Shown in pieces: positions 6,970 through 13,463 of a stretch of DNA of 13,463 nt; within the stretch, counting starts at the first letter, position 1, and every line of letters starts with the position of its first letter. This DNA is from Candidatus Subterrananammoxibius californiae (lineage in GTDB: Bacteria > Planctomycetota > Brocadiia > Brocadiales > Subterrananammoxibiaceae). The translations under genes and the position numbers were made by a program. The notes under the pieces were generated by a model, which was not told the origin of the DNA, searched no databases, and was given only the letters and a program-made list of their open reading frames with translations. Where the stretch lies: contig JAURAC010000030.1 of assembly GCA_030586555.1 (NCBI GenBank), forward strand, positions 26,406 to 39,868, in the 5' to 3' direction.

Positions 6970-7512
6970 ATGAAAGAAACACTTTATCTTATCCCTGTTG
7001 GACACGTTCAGTATAGCCTGATGGAAAGACTTGCTAAATCACTCCAGGAACGGTTTAACATTACCTGCAAGATTAGCACGGAATTTCAGATACCCCCCGA
7101 GGCATATGACCGCAAGCGCGACCAATTTTATTCTTCTATTATTTTAAAAAGGCTTAAAGACTTTCCACTCCAAACGGACAGCATCCTTAAACTTGGAGTA
7201 ACGGAACATGACCTGTACGTACCCAGCCTTAATTTTGTCTTTGGTGAAGCACGTCCAGAGGATGGGATTGCCATTATATCGTTGCAAAGACTGAGGCAGG
7301 AATATTATGGGCTCGACGAAAACGAAGAGAAGCTTCATAGAAGGATGGTTACAGAGGGAATACATGAACTGGGTCATGTATATGGACTAATGCATTGCAG
7401 TAACCCCAAATGTGTGATGTTCTTTTCTAACACGCTTGCTGATACGGATAAAAAGTCTGATAAATTCTGCGAAAAATGCGGCAAGGTATTTGAAAAGACA
7501 GAGAAAAAATAA
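6970..7512 (+). CDS. Archaemetzincin family (peptidase M54) zinc metalloprotease
   Basis: HELGHVYGLMHC...CVM metzincin motif, DLYVPSLNFVFGEA and C-terminal FCEKC. Start placed at ATG 6970 (GGTGGA upstream) because the track start at 6778 lies in the heptamer repeat. Confidence 0.88.
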   Translation: MKETLYLIPVGHVQYSLMERLAKSLQERFNITCKISTEFQIPPEAYDRKRDQFYSSIILKRLKDFPLQTDSILKLGVTEHDLYVPSLNFVFGEARPEDGIAIISLQRLRQEYYGLDENEEKLHRRMVTEGIHELGHVYGLMHCSNPKCVMFFSNTLADTDKKSDKFCEKCGKVFEKTEKK

Positions 7513-7516
7513 TTAA

Positions 7517-7996
7517 TTGAAGACAACAGTAACCCTTATAATCCTTCTTATATTAATTGTTGGCGGTTGCAAATCAAGGACTGGAGCAGGGAAAGCCCCC
7601 ACCCCACCTGCACCTCAAATGGAGGAGGATGAGGCAAGGATTTTGGTGGGCAAGAAAGAAATCTATGTCAAGGTTGCAGACACTGATGAAGAACATCAAA
7701 AAGGACTAAAGTCCCGTGACAGGCTCGAAAAAGACCGTGGTATGCTATTTGTATTCCCTGAAGAAACTTATCTTTCCTTCTGGATGAAGGATACGAAGAT
7801 TCCGCTTTCCATTGCCTTTATAAAGGCAGATGGCTGGATAGCTCAAATAGAATCCATGAAGCCTTACAGCCTCGAACCCCACAACTCAGAAATGAGGGTT
7901 AAATACGCCCTTGAAATGAACGATGGTTGGTTCAAAGAAAACGACATAAAGATAGGGGATAAGATTAGAATTCAATCATCGTTAGTACATCCATAA
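7517..7996 (+). CDS. DUF192 family protein with probable lipoprotein signal
   Basis: TTG start, hydrophobic signal ending in VGG-C. VADT..E..KGL..R, GMLFVF, FWMKDTKIPLSIAFI, YALEMN.GWF. Confidence 0.9.
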   Translation: MKTTVTLIILLILIVGGCKSRTGAGKAPTPPAPQMEEDEARILVGKKEIYVKVADTDEEHQKGLKSRDRLEKDRGMLFVFPEETYLSFWMKDTKIPLSIAFIKADGWIAQIESMKPYSLEPHNSEMRVKYALEMNDGWFKENDIKIGDKIRIQSSLVHP

Positions 7997-8143
7997 AACA
8001 GCCTTCCACAGTGTTCTTTTTTGTCCATTCTCCGTCTTGTGAGCCATTTGCATTACTGTAATTTTTGCATCCGAGAGACTTGTCTTGTATCCTGTACTTT
8101 TTGTTGTTAAAGTATAACCATCGTATAAGATAAGACTTATATA

Positions 8144-8156
8144 AATCAATCTTTTA
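8144..8156 (+). promoter_or_regulatory. Putative IHF-binding site
   Basis: AATCAATCTTTTA matches WATCAANNNNTTR exactly. It lies about -55 to -43 relative to the start inferred from the sigma54 promoter. Confidence 0.5.
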
Positions 8157-8172
8157 ACCTCATATTAATATG

Positions 8173-8188
8173 TGGCATAGAGTTTGCA
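8173..8188 (+). promoter_or_regulatory. Sigma54 (RpoN) -24/-12 promoter
   Basis: TGGCATAGAGTTTGCA has GG-N10-GC spacing and matches TGGCA...TTGCA. It ends 56 bp before ATG 8245. Confidence 0.75.
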
Positions 8189-8244
8189 AATCATACCAAC
8201 AAGTAATTTTGCCAAATTACACTTATTATAAGTGAGAGATTAGC

Positions 8245-10989
8245 ATGAGAGTTACGAGCGTAATTGCTGTCGGAATGGTACTACTGATCGCTCAATTCAA
8301 AATTCTTTATGTGGAATGCAGCCACCAGTCCGAGGCATCAGAAGGTTTAATAATACCTCTGGATGTAGTTTTACCAGATGGTGTAAATAGTCCTGTGCCA
8401 ATAACAGTAGGTGTTCCAGTTCCATTGAGCAACCTGGAAGCAGATGATTACACCGTCGTGGGCTCAAATGGTCCAATACCAAGCCAGATACGTACTCAAG
8501 CCAGAACCAATGGAAATTCGGGCCCAATCACATGGTTGCTGGTAGACTTTCAGGCAATGGCAGGGACATCGTATACGCTACAGATCGGCAACTCACCATC
8601 TCCAACTACGACAGTAACCGTGCAGGGTGGAGTTAATGGCGGTATAATTGTAGATACTGATGCGGGCAGGTGGGAAATACCTGCTACCACTGATTTGTTG
8701 GCATCAGTACATGATGAGGCAGGCAACCCATTGCTTGTTGGGGCAACATGGGGCAGCACCTCACCTGCAAACGTAGAGGTGGTAGAATCAGGCCAGCTAC
8801 GCGTCATGGTTAGGTTGCGTGCCCAGAGAGCAATCACAGGTCTCGACCTCGTGGCACGAATGCACTTTTACGCCGGGATGCCTTACGCACGGGTGCAACT
8901 AACCCTGATTAATCACACTAACCCTGTGACCAGCGAATTTGGTCAGCCCCTGTGTAATAATCTGAACAGCGTTGGCACGATTGTAGTCGAGGATGTAACC
9001 TGGGCGCTGCGTCTTGCATCACCGGAACCCAATAGAAACGAGGTTCTGTATCAGGACTCCAGCGGGACTGACTACTGGGATTTCTATCGTGGTCAAGGTC
9101 CCCGCATGCAATCCGGCGTTACGCGGCGCGGCTACGTACGCACCATCAATGGAATTGAAGTAGAGAGCGGTAACATAGCAGACGGCATACTCACCACTGG
9201 AGGAGTGCGTGTTGACGTACCTTATTTTCGGGAACTATTTCCAAAGGCGTTGCGCGCCCGTCAGGGGCAACTCGAATTTGGTATCTTCCCTGGAGAGTAC
9301 TCCATCCGACACAGGTTGCGTCCGGGTGAGCAGAAAACCCATGATATATGGATAAGTCTCAACCCTCAAGTCATGCCACCATGGCAAAGGCGGTGTGCAC
9401 CTGCCTTTGATTATTTACGCACAAGCGGTGCTTTGGGCTTTATCGGACCGAGAACAGGCGGCCAGTTTCAGAGATACGAGGATTATATTGATGCCCAGTT
9501 AACTCCTGCGGAGCCTTTCAGGGATGATTGTGGAAGGGCTGATTGCCCACGCACCCTTGACGAGTCTGCCGAGCAATTTGACCACTTTGGCTGGACCGAT
9601 TTTGGGGACATTCCTACCGATTTCGAGGACGGTCGCAGCCCTTACAATCTAAAATATGACGTAACCCTGGGTTTTCTCCATCAGGCTCTACGTACCGGCA
9701 GTGCCGATTACTGGCGCTGGGCTGAAATCTCAAATCTTCATTTCGCAGACGTTGATATCCTGCATTCCATGGTGCGAGGCTATGATGCTGACCGAGTCTG
9801 GTTTCAGGGGGGCACATGGGGACACAGCCTGCATGATGAATCAGGTCTCAGCAATCCTCATCGGAATTATAACAATCCACATCCTGATACCACATGGGGC
9901 GGGGTTGGCTTGTCTGCATGGGCGTTACTTACGGGCGACGACATGGTTCGCGAGGCAGCCATTGAATTGGCTGACAACATCCTCTGGCGAATGCGCAATA
10001 CCGATTATCCTGCTTGTGCCGTGGAGGCTTGGGGTGGTGGCAACGGCATGGGTTACGGAATGGACGGTGTCAATCCACGCGCTGCAGGCAACGCCGGACG
10101 GCTACTCCTTTGGGCATGTAAGCTGACAGGAGACCAGGCATACCTGGAAGGACCGAAAGGTACGGCACGGTGGTACCAATGTGAGCGGCAGAATCTAAAT
10201 TGCGGCAGTTGGCCCAATGCACTTGCTGGCCGAGCCATCGGTGAATACATTCTCTACATACAGCAAGCCGGGCTACCCGTTGACCAGTCTGCTCTTCCTG
10301 CCCTGCAAGGCGTGTTAACAGATATGGCGAACAATGTAACTGTAGACGGTGACCGCATGTGGTTCAGCGGATGCACAAATGAAGAGATTAACGCCTGGAT
10401 GTTCCTCGCAGCCGATGTCTTTGCGCTGGGTTACGCAGCCACTGGAGAACGGTCATGGTTGGACTATTATGCCTGGCTTAGCTTCAACACAGCCCAGCAA
10501 GACCCGTTCTATCCTGGCGACTTAAGCCACTATCACTCGACAAAGGAGTTGGTAAATTCCATTTCCGCTGGCACGGTGTACCTCCACTTTGCCAGCTCTG
10601 ATGTGCCAGGAACAACAACTACAACAATCTTTTCAACCACGACAACAAGCAGAACGACCACTACTACGAGTACAACTACAACAACATTGCCACCAAAGAT
10701 ATGTCATACATGTCCTACGCTTAGCGTAAGACAGGGCAGAATTAAATGTAGGTCATTCAGGGTATGGAATTGTGGGGGAGGAATGTTGACCTGGGCAATA
10801 AGCGAGAACTGCAATTGGCTGACGCTTAGTCCATCAAACGGAACATCAACAGAAAAAGCAACCAGGGTGACGGCTTGCGTCAATACCGATGGTATGAGCA
10901 AGGGTGATTATCAATGCACCGCTACTATCACTGGAGCAGATTTATCGAACTCCCCGCAGATATGTGTAATAAAGTTGAGGGTTAAGTAA
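8245..10989 (+). CDS. Large secreted protein: exo-rhamnogalacturonan lyase/YetA-like (alpha/alpha toroid) core, Thr-rich linker, BACON-like C-terminal domain
   Basis: N-terminal signal sequence. PITVGVPVP, ITWLLVDFQA, ELFPKAL, FGWTDFGD, YNLKYD and HFADVDILH resemble the PcRGLX/YetA-like family. Thr tract, then F.VWN.GGG.LTW.IS...WLTLSP.NG (BACON-like). Substrate unknown. Confidence 0.7.
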   Translation: MRVTSVIAVGMVLLIAQFKILYVECSHQSEASEGLIIPLDVVLPDGVNSPVPITVGVPVPLSNLEADDYTVVGSNGPIPSQIRTQARTNGNSGPITWLLVDFQAMAGTSYTLQIGNSPSPTTTVTVQGGVNGGIIVDTDAGRWEIPATTDLLASVHDEAGNPLLVGATWGSTSPANVEVVESGQLRVMVRLRAQRAITGLDLVARMHFYAGMPYARVQLTLINHTNPVTSEFGQPLCNNLNSVGTIVVEDVTWALRLASPEPNRNEVLYQDSSGTDYWDFYRGQGPRMQSGVTRRGYVRTINGIEVESGNIADGILTTGGVRVDVPYFRELFPKALRARQGQLEFGIFPGEYSIRHRLRPGEQKTHDIWISLNPQVMPPWQRRCAPAFDYLRTSGALGFIGPRTGGQFQRYEDYIDAQLTPAEPFRDDCGRADCPRTLDESAEQFDHFGWTDFGDIPTDFEDGRSPYNLKYDVTLGFLHQALRTGSADYWRWAEISNLHFADVDILHSMVRGYDADRVWFQGGTWGHSLHDESGLSNPHRNYNNPHPDTTWGGVGLSAWALLTGDDMVREAAIELADNILWRMRNTDYPACAVEAWGGGNGMGYGMDGVNPRAAGNAGRLLLWACKLTGDQAYLEGPKGTARWYQCERQNLNCGSWPNALAGRAIGEYILYIQQAGLPVDQSALPALQGVLTDMANNVTVDGDRMWFSGCTNEEINAWMFLAADVFALGYAATGERSWLDYYAWLSFNTAQQDPFYPGDLSHYHSTKELVNSISAGTVYLHFASSDVPGTTTTTIFSTTTTSRTTTTTSTTTTTLPPKICHTCPTLSVRQGRIKCRSFRVWNCGGGMLTWAISENCNWLTLSPSNGTSTEKATRVTACVNTDGMSKGDYQCTATITGADLSNSPQICVIKLRVK
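10612..10686 (+). repeat. Thr-rich low-complexity linker (ACN codon runs)
   Basis: Encodes TTTTTIFSTTTTSRTTTTTSTTTTT. Confidence 0.85.
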
Positions 10990-11003
10990 GTAGTTAAAAT
11001 GCG

Positions 11004-11477
11004 TTAAACCGACATCCCGATAATTACCCCTTCAAATACAATCTTATCTTTGACAATTCCCTGAGCATCGAAGATTGCACGCCTTGTTCTGAGTTCGGTG
11101 TTTTTGCAAACAATAATTAACCTATCCCCAGGCACTACAGTCCCTCTAAACTTTACCTTATCAATCCCACCGAAGCCGAGGAATCTGCTATCCTGCGTCG
11201 TTCTTTTATAGTAATATGTGCATAATTGCGCAGCCGCTTCTACCATTAGTACTCCGGGTAGTAAAGGTCTTCCAGGGATATGTCCACGCACCCAGAACTC
11301 ATCATCCCTGACATCCTTAAAGCCCACAATAACCTTGTTCTCAGGGTCAAACTTCAGTATCCCGCTCAGTTGTTCCATCTCGTATCTGTGAGGAATAATT
11401 TCACGAATACCCTCTGGGCTAACCTCTGGATGGTCAAAATCGAGATTACTTATATCTGTCAGAAAAGTGCGTATCAT
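11004..11477 (-). CDS. fabZ: 3-hydroxyacyl-ACP dehydratase, FabZ/FabA hotdog family
   Basis: IPHRYEM, EFWVRGHIPGRPLLPGVLMVEAAAQ, GIDKVKFRGTVVPGDRL. ATG at 11477 preferred because the track GTG start at 11495 lies inside an inverted repeat. The symbol denotes the family; this may be a paralog. Confidence 0.88.
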   Translation of the reverse strand: MIRTFLTDISNLDFDHPEVSPEGIREIIPHRYEMEQLSGILKFDPENKVIVGFKDVRDDEFWVRGHIPGRPLLPGVLMVEAAAQLCTYYYKRTTQDSRFLGFGGIDKVKFRGTVVPGDRLIIVCKNTELRTRRAIFDAQGIVKDKIVFEGVIIGMSV

Positions 11478-11488
11478 TTTTTTGAGTA

Positions 11489-11549
11489 GGGACACATCCC
11501 ATTTTTTCGATAAAGAATAGATGGTTTGTTAAAAAATGGGATGTGTCCC
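11489..11549. repeat. Perfect 19-bp inverted repeat (REPIN-like)
   Basis: GGGACACATCCCATTTTTT (11489-11507) and AAAAAATGGGATGTGTCCC (11531-11549), 23-bp spacer. Each arm is itself a mini-palindrome (GGGA-CACA-TCCC). Confidence 0.85.
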
Positions 11550-11569
11550 CCCTAATAGCTGTCTTGCTT

Positions 11570-11598
11570 ATCTTATTTTCTAAAACCTATCCTGTCAA
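11570..11598 (-). promoter_or_regulatory. Sigma70-type promoter for the fabZ-like gene
   Basis: Minus strand: TTGACA (11598-11593), 17 bp, TAAGAT (11575-11570). Confidence 0.6.
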
Positions 11599-11629
11599 TG
11601 AAATTTTTATATATAAACTAACAAAAGGC

Positions 11630-11659
11630 TTGACAGATTTCCTTATTTTAACGTATATT
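11630..11659 (+). promoter_or_regulatory. Sigma70-type promoter for the polyferredoxin-deacetylase operon
   Basis: TTGACA (11630-11635), 18 bp, TATATT (11654-11659). Confidence 0.55.
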
Positions 11660-11719
11660 AAAAGTAATTGTCTTAGTTTGGCTTTTATAAAGGAATAAGT
11701 TGAAGGGGCAGATAAAAAG

Positions 11720-12838
11720 ATGCGAAATTCGGGGCTTCGACCTGAGCTCAGCCGAAGGTTAAAATTTGACTCACAGAAGTTAAGGTGGTTAGTGCAGATT
11801 GCGTTCCTCATTCTTGTGATTTTTATAGGGTGGAGATTCTATTTGTTCGTACAGTTTTGTGAAAGTGGTGGAACTGCCACGTTTGTTCCAAGACCACCAG
11901 GGGTTGAGGCTTTCCTGCCGATAGGCGCCATGATGGGTGTAAAATACTTCTTTCTTACTGGAATAATAGACCCGATTCATCCAGCAGGGTTTGTGATATT
12001 CGTCACAATCTTATTGACAGCTCTATTCTTCAGGAGGGGATTCTGCAGCTGGATATGTCCAGTCAGTACAATATCAGAGTGGTTATGGAGGGGCTTCGAA
12101 GGATGTGGCGGGAAAAATATCAGACTGCCAAAAATTGCCGATATAGTCCTGCGTTCCGTCAAATACCTCCTTCTTGCATTTTTTTTGCATATCCTCTTTG
12201 TAATGGATAAAACCGCCCTCGAGAGCTTTTATCAAAATGTGCCTTACATCAGGGTTGCGGACGTTAAGATGTTGAAGTTCTTCACGGAGATGGCCACATT
12301 AACACTGATTGTAATAATACTGCTTGTAATAGGCTCATTTATTAACAAGAATTTCTGGTGCAGGTATTTTTGTCCATACGGGGCCTTATTAGGCATACTT
12401 GGCTGGATTAGCCCTTTTAGAGTTGCAAGAGATAAGGATAAGTGCATTGACTGTGGTAAGTGCACAAAGGCTTGTCCCGTTTATATTGTGGTAGAAAACA
12501 AGAAGACCGTTACCGACCCGGAGTGTCTTGTTTGTTATGATTGCGTCCAGGCATGTCCTAAGCCAGGTGCACTCGACCTGAAAATAGTCGGACCTAACGC
12601 AAAGATTCATTATGCCCTTTACGCAGCCATACTGATTGGTTTCTTCGGAATACTAACGACTGCTGGGAGACTCACAGGCAATTGGCACACATCTATTCCA
12701 GTAAAGGAATTTGTTGACAGGGTTCAACACATACATGACCCTATGTATCAGCATAGGCAGGGCAAATTCGCCACAGAGAATGGGGCTTTGGAAACCAGAC
12801 CAGATAATCCGCCTGAGACGGACAAACCTACCCTATGA
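11720..12838 (+). CDS. Membrane polyferredoxin, NapH/MauN/YccM-like 4Fe-4S binding protein
   Basis: Multiple TM helices, FCSWICP and WCRYFCPYG (CxxxCP) motifs, two CxxCxxCxxxCP motifs (CIDCGKCTKACP, CLVCYDCVQACP) and the PPGVEAFLPIG motif. Confidence 0.9.
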   Translation: MRNSGLRPELSRRLKFDSQKLRWLVQIAFLILVIFIGWRFYLFVQFCESGGTATFVPRPPGVEAFLPIGAMMGVKYFFLTGIIDPIHPAGFVIFVTILLTALFFRRGFCSWICPVSTISEWLWRGFEGCGGKNIRLPKIADIVLRSVKYLLLAFFLHILFVMDKTALESFYQNVPYIRVADVKMLKFFTEMATLTLIVIILLVIGSFINKNFWCRYFCPYGALLGILGWISPFRVARDKDKCIDCGKCTKACPVYIVVENKKTVTDPECLVCYDCVQACPKPGALDLKIVGPNAKIHYALYAAILIGFFGILTTAGRLTGNWHTSIPVKEFVDRVQHIHDPMYQHRQGKFATENGALETRPDNPPETDKPTL

Positions 12839-13463
12839 CAAAAATTCTTGCCGTTGGACCGCACCCTGACGATGTTGAGGGGGGAATGGGCGGCACTATC
12901 TTAAGGTTAATAAAATTGGGACACGAGGTACACATCCTTGACCTCACAGATGGCGAACCCACCCCTTATGGCAACCCTGAAACTCGCCGCAAGGAATCTC
13001 AAGAAGCAGCAAGACTGCTCGGCATTATCAGCCGAACTACACTTGACCTTCCTAATCGCTTCTTATTTGATAATATAGAATCACGCCAGAAGACTGCGAA
13101 AGTAATCCGCAAGATTAGACCAGACATAATGTTTCTTCCTTACTGGGAGGATGCGCATCCAGACCATACGCAGGGTACACTCATTGGCGAGGCAGCCCGG
13201 TTCTATGCAAAAGTGACCTCGCTTGAAATAGAAGGAGAACCATGTTACCCTTCCCGCATATTCTATTATCTTTGCACGCATCTGAGGGTGCATATACACC
13301 CATCGTTTATAATTGATATAAGCGAGGAGCACGAAAAAAAGATGCAGATACTTAAAGTGTACCGCTCACAATTTACTTATAGCGAGGAACGATGGAATCT
13401 CATCAGCAACCTCATCATATCTTATGACCGGTATTACGGCGCACTAATCAGGACGCAATTCGG
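12835..13463 (+). CDS. PIG-L/LmbE family N-acetylglucosaminyl deacetylase, BshB1-like (3' end runs off the window edge)
   Basis: Not in the ORF track. ATG 12835 overlaps the upstream stop (ATGA). MTKILAVGPHPDDVEGGMGGT...DLTDGEPTP...RRKES..AA..LG...DAHPDH...YRSQF. Confidence 0.92.
   Translation, partial: MTKILAVGPHPDDVEGGMGGTILRLIKLGHEVHILDLTDGEPTPYGNPETRRKESQEAARLLGIISRTTLDLPNRFLFDNIESRQKTAKVIRKIRPDIMFLPYWEDAHPDHTQGTLIGEAARFYAKVTSLEIEGEPCYPSRIFYYLCTHLRVHIHPSFIIDISEEHEKKMQILKVYRSQFTYSEERWNLISNLIISYDRYYGALIRTQF

Noticed and set aside
6970..7512. Archaemetzincin as the activating protease for the gasdermin-like protein
   Set aside because: Separated from it by two genes and two repeats, sits in a housekeeping-like nfi/DUF192 run and is probably cytoplasmic. 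No evidence of linkage.
10702..10713. CHTC motif as a heme c attachment site
   Set aside because: It is CxxC followed by Pro, not CxxCH.
13081..13332. 83-aa minus-strand ORF and the other short track ORFs nested in long genes (e.g. 1845-2297, 2970-3314, 4308-4610, 5160-5411, 9701-10126)
   Set aside because: They overlap well-supported CDSs antisense or out of frame, with no recognisable motifs.

Overview
Bacterial chromosomal window of roughly 40% GC (estimated by eye). The gene styles suggest Planctomycetota, possibly Brocadiales-like, but this is inference only. The housekeeping frame is rplS-yraN-tatD on the minus strand (tatD runs off the left edge and is missing from the ORF track), an alpha/beta esterase, nfi, an archaemetzincin, a DUF192 lipoprotein, a FabZ/FabA-type dehydratase, a membrane polyferredoxin and a BshB1/PIG-L deacetylase (runs off the right edge, also missing from the track). 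Two accessory blocks sit in this frame. (1) 2713-6005: a 2TM-CBS protein, a 460-aa lipoprotein, an unannotated 45-aa acidic microprotein and a frameshifted DUF429-like nuclease, followed by a REP-like hairpin. The lipoprotein carries, in order, motifs resembling the bacterial gasdermin core, but behind a Sec/SPII signal peptide and with no adjacent caspase-like protease. This is the best candidate for an undescribed system. (2) 8245-10989: a GC-rich secreted polysaccharide lyase/glycosidase-like protein with a Thr linker and a Cys-rich BACON-like domain, preceded by a sigma54 promoter and an IHF consensus site. All family calls come from motif recognition; no searches were run.
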